DNA of 64,000 nucleotides from a virus (IMGVR_UViG_3300035663_000005:1-64000), one strand, 5' to 3'; shown: positions 47,527 to 55,980, counted from the first letter of the stretch. Notes: generated from the sequence alone by a model not told the origin. Made by a program: numbers and translations.

Positions 47527-47661
47527 TCACTTTCCCTTCGGTGCAATTTTTTTATTTGCTTTCCGCTTTTTCTTAAAAATTGCGTCCCAATTCTTTGACC
47601 ATAAAGCGTAATCCACCTTACGGTATCTATCTCCCTTGCCTGCTGCATGCTTGCCGCTCAT
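47527..47661 (-). CDS. Small basic protein (44 aa, not in ORF track)
   Basis: MSGKHAAGKGDRYRKVD....KNWDAIFKK; AGGAG RBS. Confidence 0.6.
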   Translation of the reverse strand: MSGKHAAGKGDRYRKVDYALWSKNWDAIFKKKRKANKKIAPKGK

Positions 47662-47766
47662 ATCGTCTCCTGGTGGCTTGAGAAGGTGATTTGGTGAACA
47701 GGTAGACCGCAGTTTCCTGCATCGCCAATAGCATCAATTATAAAAACCTTCAGTTCGCCTAAATCT

Positions 47767-48003
47767 TTAAAATTGTGCAAGGCGGTCAAGTGCTTCGTTT
47801 GCAGTTCCCCACCGCTTACGCCATGCCTTCCAACGAGTGAATGCGTTACGAAGACTTGGCGTAGGAGGATTCTCCATTGCTTCAAACAATCGCTTCGCGT
47901 CTTCAGGAGACATGGCATTCAATCTCCACTCCATCTCAGCAGAATTCATCTGATTGAGTGGAAGATTCAAAAATTCTTTAACACGGTCAAAAGGTTCAGT
48001 CAT
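47767..48003 (-). CDS. Hypothetical protein
   Basis: Start MTEPF with GGAG RBS. Confidence 0.55.
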   Translation of the reverse strand: MTEPFDRVKEFLNLPLNQMNSAEMEWRLNAMSPEDAKRLFEAMENPPTPSLRNAFTRWKAWRKRWGTANEALDRLAQF

Positions 48004-48019
48004 TTTATATACTCCAAAG

Positions 48020-48094
48020 TCGGGGTGATAGGATTTGAACCTACGACCTCCTGCTCCCAAAGCAGGCGCACTAGCCAAACTGTGCTACACCCCG
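48020..48094 (-). tRNA. tRNA-Pro(TGG)
   Basis: CCTGC-TTTGGGA-GCAGG. Confidence 0.9.
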
Positions 48095-48098
48095 AGAA

Positions 48099-48170
48099 AG
48101 CGGGTAGAGGGATTCGAACCCTCGGCCTTTGGTTTGGAAAACCAATACTCTACCGCTGAGTTATACCCGC
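48099..48170 (-). tRNA. tRNA-Gly(TCC)
   Basis: TTGGT-TTTCCAA-ACCAA. Confidence 0.9.
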
Positions 48171-48191
48171 AAAAAGTCCGAGCCATTATAG

Positions 48192-49250
48192 TTAGGTGAA
48201 AATGGTATTGAGTTGACGGTTAACTCGGACAAATGTTGTGCATTTTGGCAAGTCCTTCAGGCGAGCAGCACCCACATAAGTGCAAGCCGAACGAACTCCA
48301 CCAAGAATTTGTTGCATCACGCCATCCACAGGACCAACAGGCTTCACATGAACCCGCTTACCTTCTGCGGCACGATATTGTGCAACCCCTCCTGAATACT
48401 TTTCCATTGCAGTAGCGGAACTCATGCCGTAGAACTCCTTGCCGTCTTCGGTTTCCTCACCTGCGGCTTCATCAGTTCCTGCAAACATGCCACCAATCAT
48501 AACAAAGTCTGCGCCTGCACCGAATGCCTTGGCTACATCACCGGGGCAGGTGCACCCACCGTCCGAAAGCACATAGCCACCTAGTCCGTGTGCGGCATCA
48601 GCACACTCCATGATGCACGACAGTTGCGGGTAGCCAACACCTGCAACCTTTCGTGTGGTGCAAACCGAGCCAGGCCCAATTCCAATCTTGACAATGTTCG
48701 CACCTGCAAGAATCAAGGCTTCAGTCATTTCTCGTGTCACCACATTACCTGCAATCAGAATATGATTAGGAAAAGCCTCACGAATAGTTTGCACATACCG
48801 CACAAACTTTTCAGTATAGCCGTTAGCCACATCCACACAGATAAACTTGATGGACTTGTGGCGATTCAGAATTCGTTCAGCCTTTTGGATTTCTTCCATG
48901 CTGGAATTCATATCACCCATACCGATAGTATACACCACATTGGTAGACCAATTCAAATGACTACTTGCCCAATTATTCATAAACTTATCCCATTCTGCTT
49001 CCGTGTAATACTTGTGAATACCACACAGCGCAGCGTACTCGCTAAGACTATCAGCCATTTCAAATGTACCAACAGTATCCATGTTGGCTGCAACAATTGG
49101 CACACCAGTCCAAGTTTCTTCATTTTTATTTGGAAGTTTAAATACAAATGTGCGAGACACATCAACCTTGCTACGACTATCAAGATTGCTGCGCTTTGGG
49201 CGAATCAGCACATCAGCGAAATCCAACTTTACATCGTCTTCAATCTTCAT
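48192..49250 (-). CDS. guaC: GMP reductase
   Basis: [43 protein letters not shown]. Confidence 0.95.
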   Translation of the reverse strand: MKIEDDVKLDFADVLIRPKRSNLDSRSKVDVSRTFVFKLPNKNEETWTGVPIVAANMDTVGTFEMADSLSEYAALCGIHKYYTEAEWDKFMNNWASSHLNWSTNVVYTIGMGDMNSSMEEIQKAERILNRHKSIKFICVDVANGYTEKFVRYVQTIREAFPNHILIAGNVVTREMTEALILAGANIVKIGIGPGSVCTTRKVAGVGYPQLSCIMECADAAHGLGGYVLSDGGCTCPGDVAKAFGAGADFVMIGGMFAGTDEAAGEETEDGKEFYGMSSATAMEKYSGGVAQYRAAEGKRVHVKPVGPVDGVMQQILGGVRSACTYVGAARLKDLPKCTTFVRVNRQLNTIFT

Positions 49251-49274
49251 GTTGTAAACTCCTAAACTATTTAG

Positions 49275-49378
49275 ACGGGGATGCGGGAATCGAACCCGCC
49301 ACTAATGAATTATCCGGAATATTTTCATCAGCGATTCTACCGATGGTTGTTACTCCTTCAACCAAAGAACTCTCCCCA
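49275..49378 (-). ncRNA. tRNA-like ncRNA with elongated arms
   Basis: Perfect T arm GCGGG-TTCGATT-CCCGC, acceptor TGGGGA/TCCCCG, two long hairpins instead of D and anticodon arms. Confidence 0.6.
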
Positions 49379-49386
49379 TAAAAGAA

Positions 49387-49540
49387 AGGCGGTAGACCTG
49401 ATGCTCTCTAGTGGCCATCTAGAAGAAACATCCAACTACGCCTCTTTGTTTGCCACCGCACACTATTCTTCCTGCCGTTAGTGGGCAGGTAGGTGGGTGA
49501 GAGCAACCAAAGTTTTTGATGGGGTTAACAATCCCACCAA
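49387..49540 (-). ncRNA. Putative structured ncRNA (three hairpins)
   Basis: Stems at 49387-49443, 49444-49512 and 49516-49540; no credible ORF. Confidence 0.45.
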
Positions 49541-49549
49541 GGTTTTAAG

Positions 49550-49621
49550 TGACCCCAACGGGACTCGAACCCGTGTCAGAAGAGTGAAAGTCTTCGATCC
49601 TTGCCGCTAGACGATGGGGCC
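49550..49621 (-). tRNA. tRNA-Glu(TTC)
   Basis: GAAGA-CTTTCAC-TCTTC. Confidence 0.9.
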
Positions 49622-49633
49622 TAGAACAACTAT

Positions 49634-49661
49634 AGTATACTCAAGAGTTGAACTGTGTCAA
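49634..49661 (-). promoter_or_regulatory. Sigma70-like promoter for tRNA-Glu/ncRNA unit
   Basis: TTGACA-N16-TATACT. Confidence 0.7.
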
Positions 49662-50699
49662 GTATTCCGAACCAACTTCTGAAGAAATTTTTTCTGAAAT
49701 AGGATTTAAAATTGCTTCATAATCTTTATCAAACATAAGTTTGGCAAGTCTTTCGATATCATACTCCGTTTTCCAACCCAAAACTCGCTTTGCTTTTTCT
49801 GGATTACCCAAAAGAAAAGGAACTTCATTTGGTCGTAATAGCCTAGGATCAATTTCAACATATTTGTTATAGTCTCCCAAACCGGCGTATTCAAAAACAA
49901 TACTTAAAAACTCTCTAACTGTGTGTGTTTGTTGGGTTGCTATAACATAATCATCTGCAACATTTTGTTGTAGCATTAACCACATAGCCTTTACATAATC
50001 TCCAGCAAATCCCCAATCTCTTAAAGCGTCAAGATTTCCTAAAAACAATTTATCTTGTAATCCTGCTTTAATTTTTGCGGCTGCTATTGTTATTTTTCTA
50101 GTAACAAAAGTTTCTCCTCTTCTAGGACTTTCGTGATTGAAAAGTATTCCAGAAGAAGCGTGAAGACCGTAAGCATTTCTATAAATTCTTACACTATGAT
50201 GAGCATACAACTTTGCGGCAGCATAAGGAGAAACTGGAGTCATTTTACTGTTTTCAGTAAATCCATTTGAACCATAATCTTTGCTGTCGCCAAACATTTC
50301 CGAAGAAGATGCTTGATAAAATTTAGTTTGGGGACTAACTAGACGAATGCCATCCATTATTCTAATTGTTCCCATAGCAATACCATCGGAAGTGTATTGT
50401 GCTAGATCGAAAGAAACACCAACATGGGATTGAGCAGCAAGATTATAGAACTCATCAGGCTGATACTCTTGCAAAAGTCTCACCACAGATGTTCCATCCA
50501 TTAAATCATAGTAATGCATCTTGAAATTTTTACTTAAATCTTTATTGTTTATGATATGATCTAGTCTAGGTGTATTGATGGTTGAGGTTCTTCTTTTAAG
50601 ACCAACAACAAAATAACCCTTTTCAAGAAGTAAGTCTGCAAGATAAGAACCATCTTGACCAGAAACACCAGTTATTATGGCAACCTTTTGCTTTCTCAT
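49641..50699 (-). CDS. gmd: GDP-mannose 4,6-dehydratase
   Basis: ITGVSGQDGSYL, YNLAAQSHV, QASSSE, FNHESPRRGETFVTRKI. Confidence 0.95.
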   Translation of the reverse strand: MRKQKVAIITGVSGQDGSYLADLLLEKGYFVVGLKRRTSTINTPRLDHIINNKDLSKNFKMHYYDLMDGTSVVRLLQEYQPDEFYNLAAQSHVGVSFDLAQYTSDGIAMGTIRIMDGIRLVSPQTKFYQASSSEMFGDSKDYGSNGFTENSKMTPVSPYAAAKLYAHHSVRIYRNAYGLHASSGILFNHESPRRGETFVTRKITIAAAKIKAGLQDKLFLGNLDALRDWGFAGDYVKAMWLMLQQNVADDYVIATQQTHTVREFLSIVFEYAGLGDYNKYVEIDPRLLRPNEVPFLLGNPEKAKRVLGWKTEYDIERLAKLMFDKDYEAILNPISEKISSEVGSEYLTQFNS

Positions 50700-50724
50700 T
50701 ATATTAAATCCTCACATTAAAAAG

Positions 50725-51087
50725 TTATTGCAAACGAAGCAGATATTTTGTTTGGTTTAAAACTCCAATCATTTCGTCACGAATATTTAAAAGGTCGGTA
50801 TCGTTTGTCGCATCCAACTTTTGTGGCATTTCGTGTGAAAGATAGTAGATGGCGTTGTTAATCACGCCCAAAGAGTTTGAGTCCTTATAGTTGTTAACAT
50901 TGAAACTAAAACTTGGATTGCCTAAAGTGTTGCCGTATTTGCCTGTGTGGACTTCCATAAACTGGTCAATCAATCCATCAAGCCCTTCATAAGCCTTTCC
51001 TAAAGCCTTATGCTCGGCATAAGACTTGGTTTGCCAGTGAAGCACTCGCAATTGAGATTGAAGTTGTAGGAAGAAGGTTACGCACAT
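50725..51087 (-). CDS. Ferritin/Dps-like protein
   Basis: LHWQT.SYAEHKAL...Y......D.F.E, LLNIRDE....N...YL. Confidence 0.75.
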   Translation of the reverse strand: MCVTFFLQLQSQLRVLHWQTKSYAEHKALGKAYEGLDGLIDQFMEVHTGKYGNTLGNPSFSFNVNNYKDSNSLGVINNAIYYLSHEMPQKLDATNDTDLLNIRDEMIGVLNQTKYLLRLQ

Positions 51088-51105
51088 AGTCTAGTATATA
51101 TTAAA

Positions 51106-51180
51106 AGGTCGGAGTGAGATTTGAACTCACGAAATCACGGATTTGCAATCCGTTCCCTTAAGCCACTTGGGTATCCGACC
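51106..51180 (-). tRNA. tRNA-Cys(GCA)
   Basis: ACGGA-TTGCAAA-TCCGT, U73. Confidence 0.9.
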
Positions 51181-51184
51181 AAAG

Positions 51185-51269
51185 CGGACAGAGAAGGATT
51201 CGAACCCTCGGAGGCATTCACCTCGGCGGTTTAGTAAACCGCTGCATTAGACCACTCTGCCATCTGTCC
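51185..51269 (-). tRNA. tRNA-Ser(ACT)
   Basis: GCGGT-TTACTAA-ACCGC, long variable arm, G73. Confidence 0.85.
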
Positions 51270-51272
51270 TAG

Positions 51273-51353
51273 TGCGTCGTGTAGGACTCGAACCTACGAA
51301 GTCAAAGACAACAGATTTACAGTCTGTCCCAGTTGCCGCTTTGGTAACGACGC
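51273..51353 (-). tRNA. tRNA-Tyr(GTA)
   Basis: ACAGA-CTGTAAA-TCTGT. Confidence 0.9.
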
Positions 51354-51357
51354 TTAA

Positions 51358-51445
51358 CGGGCAGAGAGGGATTCGAACCCCCGGTAGATTGTTCACCTAC
51401 TGTTGTTTTCAAGACAACCGCGTTAGACCACTCCGCCATCTGCCC
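51358..51445 (-). tRNA. tRNA-Ser(TGA)
   Basis: GTTGT-CTTGAAA-ACAAC, long variable arm. Confidence 0.9.
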
Positions 51446-51451
51446 CATATT

Positions 51452-51658
51452 TCACTCAGAAAGAAATCGCTTGCTTTCGCTGATTCCTTGCTTGGCTCGT
51501 TCAATGATATTTCGTTCCGCTTCCGCATATCCCTGTCGATACTCAGCCCAATACGGTTGAGTTGCAGCATATGCAACAGAACGATCTGCTAGTCCTGCCA
51601 TTCTATCTTGATAGCCGTCCTTATAGCCTTGTCCTGGAATGTATTCGTGTGTGTTCAT
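51452..51658 (-). CDS. Hypothetical protein
   Basis: GY.DGY.D...Y..GY motif; AGGAG RBS. Confidence 0.65.
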   Translation of the reverse strand: MNTHEYIPGQGYKDGYQDRMAGLADRSVAYAATQPYWAEYRQGYAEAERNIIERAKQGISESKRFLSE

Positions 51659-51675
51659 ACTGCGGTCTCCTGTAG

Positions 51676-51748
51676 TGGATCGAAGAGGACTCGAACCTCC
51701 AACCCATGCCTTGCAAAGGCATTGTTCTCCCAATTGAACTATCGACCC
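51676..51748 (-). tRNA. tRNA-Ala(TGC)
   Basis: ATGCC-TTTGCAA-GGCAT; G3-U70. Confidence 0.9.
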
Positions 51749-51961
51749 TTATTCATCTCTCATAAATTCTATGCCGTCAACTTTAGTGAATGATGAGGCA
51801 TAATCGCCTGCTCGCTTCCACAGATCTTTATCCATCTCTTTCACATATTCGGCAAACTTCAATCCAAACAACATGATAGCCTGATGATATCGCTTCACCG
51901 TTTCTGGATCACGAATCTCATTGCCGTCATCATCTGTTGGATAGAAGTTCCACTTTTCCAT
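51749..51961 (-). CDS. Hypothetical protein
   Basis: GGAG RBS; lies between tRNAs. Confidence 0.65.
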   Translation of the reverse strand: MEKWNFYPTDDDGNEIRDPETVKRYHQAIMLFGLKFAEYVKEMDKDLWKRAGDYASSFTKVDGIEFMRDE

Positions 51962-51976
51962 ATCTGTCTCCAAAAA

Positions 51977-52047
51977 TTGCCCGACCTAGATTCGAACTAG
52001 GACACAGAGGACCAAAATCTCTGGTGCTACCGTTACACCATCGGGCA
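51977..52047 (-). tRNA. tRNA-Gln(TTG)
   Basis: Loop TTTTGGT; U1-A72. Confidence 0.88.
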
Positions 52048-52072
52048 AGTGCATCCTTGCACTACTCCTCTA

Positions 52073-52285
52073 TCAGCAAGCGGGAGTGTTGCCGCCAAAA
52101 AGACCCATCACCACATTGATGACAGCGACCACGGCGTTCTTCAGCCACAAGGCTCCGTTCCAAGCGAACGGAAGCAGGGCGAGAGTAACGAGCATGCTAC
52201 GATTGACCCCAACCTTGGAAAGAAGGCAGTTCAACTTGTCGCAGCCACCAGTAACAGGGCATGAGCCCGATTCAAACTTAGCCAT
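52073..52285 (-). CDS. Small membrane protein
   Basis: AAGGAG RBS; hydrophobic C-terminal half; Cys-rich N-terminus. Confidence 0.65.
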   Translation of the reverse strand: MAKFESGSCPVTGGCDKLNCLLSKVGVNRSMLVTLALLPFAWNGALWLKNAVVAVINVVMGLFGGNTPAC

Positions 52286-52331
52286 TTTTTTCTCCTTATG
52301 TAAAAGTTAATTGGGGATGGCAATCCCCTTA

Positions 52332-52688
52332 TCAGTTACGCTTCTTACTCTTACGAGAACTCTTGGTCTTAGCCTTGGGTTCCGTGTAATCGTCAAGATC
52401 GTAAACCTGATTTTCATAGACCTTATCAGTAAGGTCTTCAATCATACGCGAAAGTGTGTCAATGTTATCGTTGAACTCTCGTCGCACATCGTTAATCTGC
52501 GAATCAATTTCATTACGAAGACTAGAAATTTCCAAATCAATTCTCTTGTTCGTTTCTTCGTGAACACCGTTAATAGTTCTCTGATTCTCATCGTCACGCT
52601 TCTTTGAGTTAGCAACCAAAGTGTTGATGGCAGAGAATGCGTTAGCCGCGAGTGAGAGACCAAGCAATCCGTAAAGATAAGTATCCAT
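52332..52688 (-). CDS. Membrane-anchored coiled-coil protein
   Basis: N-terminal TM, heptad-like region; AAGGAG RBS. Confidence 0.7.
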   Translation of the reverse strand: MDTYLYGLLGLSLAANAFSAINTLVANSKKRDDENQRTINGVHEETNKRIDLEISSLRNEIDSQINDVRREFNDNIDTLSRMIEDLTDKVYENQVYDLDDYTEPKAKTKSSRKSKKRN

Positions 52689-52726
52689 AATGTATTCTCC
52701 TTTCAAGAGAAGGTGAGTTTATTTAG

Positions 52727-52799
52727 TGCCCCCGACAGGACTCGAACCTGTAACCTACCGATTAAAAGTCGGCTACTCTACCAATTGAGTTACGGAGGC
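52727..52799 (-). tRNA. tRNA-Lys(TTT)
   Basis: GCCGA-CTTTTAA-TCGGT. Confidence 0.9.
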
Positions 52800-52804
52800 G
52801 GAAG

Positions 52805-52879
52805 CGTTCCTGATAGGATTCGAACCTATGACCTGATGCTTAGAAGGCATCTGCACTATCCAGGCTGTGCTACAGGAAC
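52805..52879 (-). tRNA. tRNA-Arg(TCT)
   Basis: GATGC-CTTCTAA-GCATC. Confidence 0.9.
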
Positions 52880-52887
52880 TTAGTTTT

Positions 52888-53154
52888 TTAAGATTCCTGT
52901 TTTATTTCTTTGATTTGTTCTACTGAAAATCCTCGCCACGCATTCTTATCCAAATCCCAAACAGCGAGCGTATCAGGATTAGTTTTGCGAACCTTAACTT
53001 CTGTGGTTGGCTTTGTGGCGACAGGAGCGGGAAGTAAATCGCTCTTCAAGGTGCATCGCATCACACGCTCTGTGCCATCACGCTTGGTGAAAGTAACAAC
53101 ACAAATGTTATCACGAAGCAAAGTCAAGTAGTCATTACGAGTTAGTGTAGTCAT
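52888..53154 (-). CDS. WYL_2/SH3-fold phage protein
   Basis: VTFTK.DGT.R.M.CTL...VWDL....WR.F. Confidence 0.8.
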   Translation of the reverse strand: MTTLTRNDYLTLLRDNICVVTFTKRDGTERVMRCTLKSDLLPAPVATKPTTEVKVRKTNPDTLAVWDLDKNAWRGFSVEQIKEIKQES

Positions 53155-53380
53155 TGTTGTTCTCGTTACGCTTATTATACTCGGTCTTGTTCAGTCCTGC
53201 AAGTATACCACGAAAAAAAGCGTGTGCAAATGAAAATGCTAAAGGAATCCAAAGTGGGGAAAGAGTCCATCTCCACGACCAATCAAGTTGTCCGTCAAGA
53301 CGAAGAACCACAAGCGTCAGCGTGGATGATGCTGCTGCAATTGCAGTTTTATTAAAAGTGTTGTCTTTCAATTCATTCAT
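53135..53380 (-). CDS. Small membrane protein
   Basis: L.L.G...WSW...LSPLWIP motif. Confidence 0.7.
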   Translation of the reverse strand: MNELKDNTFNKTAIAAASSTLTLVVLRLDGQLDWSWRWTLSPLWIPLAFSFAHAFFRGILAGLNKTEYNKRNENNNDYTNS

Positions 53381-53406
53381 ACAGTAATATTACCATACGA
53401 ATGCGG

Positions 53407-53823
53407 TCAAGTCAAGCCCCTTCTGATTGCATTTCCTCTAGCAAGTAAAGGAAGTTTTAAATCTGTTGAGCCTTTCTTTTTAGAAATAGATTTATAAACT
53501 TTACGAAGGGCTCGCAAAGAATTTTTACTTTCGTGTATTTCTACCGCTTCAGTTTCGCCGTCCGTAGCAAATGCAATCCATCCACCTGCTTTTCTTTTTT
53601 TTAGAGTTCCATAAAATCTACGCATAGTCCCTGTTGGTTCTTTTAAAGCCCAATCATACGATTCTCTACCTACACGATAATCTTTATGTTTTTTAATCAT
53701 TACCGTAATAACTGGTTTTTCATGTCTCATATCTGAAGGTCTGACAACTATGGAGCCCGATGGCTCAAGTGGTTCATCACTTGTTCCCGTTAACTTAGAC
53801 CAAAAATCTTTAAAACTTATCAT
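53407..53823 (-). CDS. Hypothetical protein
   Basis: 138-aa ORF starting MISFKDF. Confidence 0.65.
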   Translation of the reverse strand: MISFKDFWSKLTGTSDEPLEPSGSIVVRPSDMRHEKPVITVMIKKHKDYRVGRESYDWALKEPTGTMRRFYGTLKKRKAGGWIAFATDGETEAVEIHESKNSLRALRKVYKSISKKKGSTDLKLPLLARGNAIRRGLT

Positions 53824-54021
53824 TTATTTTTTTCTAGGATTTATTTTTTTGCCTGAGTAGGGAGAAACTTCAATTGCTATTGATGTTTTTCCATCATTTG
53901 TTGAAATTGCATCAACAACTTTGAGTAAAGGTAATCCTGGTCTGTCAATAACAGTTCCTGAAATTAAAAAACTATTGTAAATCTCATCAGTAACAGAAAG
54001 ATTGATTATTTTTTTTGTCAT
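53824..54021 (-). CDS. Hypothetical protein
   Basis: 65-aa ORF with AAGGA RBS. Confidence 0.55.
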   Translation of the reverse strand: MTKKIINLSVTDEIYNSFLISGTVIDRPGLPLLKVVDAISTNDGKTSIAIEVSPYSGKKINPRKK

Positions 54022-54066
54022 GTAGTTTTCCTTTACAATTAAATTTAAGTGTTTAAAACATAAAAA

Positions 54067-54888
54067 CTATATCAAGGAAAATTCTTTTAATTTTTGATAA
54101 ACTTTACCTTTAACTTGTGGCATATTTTTATATCCCATTATATGAACATATCCTTTATCTGTAGCATCATTATCTGTTTGAATTTTTCTTTCTCTAGTTT
54201 TATCATCCCCATTTAAATAGGATGTAACAGAAATATTTTGTTTATGAGTTAACAACCACAGATAATGTTGCTCTGTTATTGTTGCAGGAGCCCAAGATTT
54301 GTATTTGAACATTTCTGCATAAGTTTTTTTTGTATCTTCTTCTAAAGAAAATTCTACGGCTTTTGTACCATAGTTAACAACAAAATCATAGTCTTTAAAA
54401 CAACCAAAAATTCCCATATTAAATGCTTTATATGTTTCGTCTGAAGATTCAAACCCATATTTTTCTTTTAAATATGGTGTCAATGAAGAATAAAATTTTT
54501 CTAATTGATAATGTTTGTATGAACCTGTTTCTAAACTCTGCACAAGTATGTTAGACTCTTCTTCATATTTTTTATCTATAGGTTTCATTAAAAAAACATC
54601 ATAATCTATATGCAAGAACGGTTCTCGTTTTTCGGCAATAAGTTTATACGCATACAATTTTCCTAAAGCCCAATTTTTACACTCGACTCCATTAAAAACA
54701 TCCAATTCTGTTGTTATAGTTGAAAATGGTGCGTCTTTAAAAAATTCTTTACTATTACTATCTGTTATTAAAGTAACATCTCCGTAATTTATTTTTGCAT
54801 AGTATGCTGCTAATTTATGTAAGTCAACAACATATTGATTAGGAATTTTTTGATAACCACCAGACCAATAAGACATGTAAATTTTCAT
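54067..54888 (-). CDS. Putative glycosyltransferase (DUF6734-like)
   Basis: LITD, WA.GKL, PFLHIDYD (DxD), NMGI.G, EQ, Y.H..G. Confidence 0.65.
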   Translation of the reverse strand: MKIYMSYWSGGYQKIPNQYVVDLHKLAAYYAKINYGDVTLITDSNSKEFFKDAPFSTITTELDVFNGVECKNWALGKLYAYKLIAEKREPFLHIDYDVFLMKPIDKKYEEESNILVQSLETGSYKHYQLEKFYSSLTPYLKEKYGFESSDETYKAFNMGIFGCFKDYDFVVNYGTKAVEFSLEEDTKKTYAEMFKYKSWAPATITEQHYLWLLTHKQNISVTSYLNGDDKTRERKIQTDNDATDKGYVHIMGYKNMPQVKGKVYQKLKEFSLI

Positions 54889-54933
54889 ATTTTAACTCCC
54901 TTAAAGTCTCAATCTTTTTGGTTTAAATTTCAT

Positions 54934-55224
54934 TTATCGTTTTACTGATTGCCATGCTGGTGCTAGAGGCAAAGAGGTTTTAGCAACTGCTTGTTCGCTG
55001 CCTGCTCCTGCCGCTTGTAACCATTTTGCAACCATCCCCCTTCTACGATTTGCGTATAGTGCGTTTTCTACTTCCCAAGGAAGTTTTGTTCTTTCAAAAC
55101 CATCATATTTTTCCACATCAAAATCTGTTGGAACCATGTCTGCTTGAAATCCTAAACCATAAGTGAAAACTCCGGTTCCATTCGCCGGCCCTTCTTCACG
55201 AATGTATTGTTTAAACGATTTCAT
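54934..55224 (-). CDS. Hypothetical, probable internal head protein
   Basis: Starts MKSFKQYIREE. Confidence 0.65.
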   Translation of the reverse strand: MKSFKQYIREEGPANGTGVFTYGLGFQADMVPTDFDVEKYDGFERTKLPWEVENALYANRRRGMVAKWLQAAGAGSEQAVAKTSLPLAPAWQSVKR

Positions 55225-55225
55225 T

Positions 55226-55507
55226 TCACGATTTAGAATTATCTTTTTTGGGTTCTTCTGTTGTGGTTTCTTCCTCTTTGCACTTCTGCTTTAGATAATG
55301 ATTGTAAGCCCACACCACAACCAAGAATACTACAGGCAGATACCATAGAATCCATCCCCAATTAGTTGTTAGATGGGTATTGTTTGTAATTTCCCATTGA
55401 AGTCTCTTCATAACCACATTGTCTTTGGTTGTGTCGGGAACAATAACTGGTGCTGTGCTGCAAGCCGTTAGAACGAGTGAAGTGATTAATCCTATTAGGT
55501 ATTTCAT
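55226..55507 (-). CDS. Lipoprotein with C-terminal TM helix
   Basis: Lipobox LTA-C; TM WGWILWYLPVVFLVVVWAY; AAGGAG RBS. Confidence 0.7.
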   Translation of the reverse strand: MKYLIGLITSLVLTACSTAPVIVPDTTKDNVVMKRLQWEITNNTHLTTNWGWILWYLPVVFLVVVWAYNHYLKQKCKEEETTTEEPKKDNSKS

Positions 55508-55517
55508 GTTTACTCCT

Positions 55518-55946
55518 TTACGACTTGTTTGCTGCTGCTGCTGAACCAAAGTAGAATCCTACAATGCTCAACAAGATTTGACGATTCTCTGATGTGAACA
55601 GGAACCCGTTGATTTCTACAAAGTATTTCTTGATGTTGTCCATGCCAAACAGGTTTGTTTGCGTGGCATCCACTTCAACAAAGGTTGGCACACCGAAGAA
55701 CGGCAAAACAAACGGAGCCAAGAAAGTTGCAAAGAGTGTTGACAAAACGATGACTTGGCGAACTCCTCTGCCAACATCAATCCCAACTCTTTGAACTGCT
55801 GCGTTTTGATTTTTTGTGGTTCTTTCGTTCGCTTGCATCATCTGTTGAAAGAGTTCCTTTTGGTCTTGAGACTTCTGTGCTATGAAGCGGAACAGGAAGC
55901 CAACAGCAGAACCTCCAAGCATTGATAGTAGTTCAATCATAGGCAT
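55518..55946 (-). CDS. Putative holin-like membrane protein
   Basis: Three hydrophobic segments, C-terminal IVGFYFGS; CCTAAATA at 55974-55981. Confidence 0.55.
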   Translation of the reverse strand: MPMIELLSMLGGSAVGFLFRFIAQKSQDQKELFQQMMQANERTTKNQNAAVQRVGIDVGRGVRQVIVLSTLFATFLAPFVLPFFGVPTFVEVDATQTNLFGMDNIKKYFVEINGFLFTSENRQILLSIVGFYFGSAAAANKS

Positions 55947-55980
55947 GATAACCCCTTTCTAAAAATACTAAAGTATTTAG

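Noticed and set aside
48588-49265. 225-aa plus-strand ORF
   Set aside because: Antisense shadow of guaC with no recognisable motifs
49275-49545. tmRNA
   Set aside because: No G3-U70/CCA alanine acceptor end, no tag reading frame, and the acceptor closes within 104 nt
51185-51269. Amber suppressor tRNA or stop-codon recoding
   Set aside because: Loop register gives ACT, not CTA; core genes are intact under the standard code
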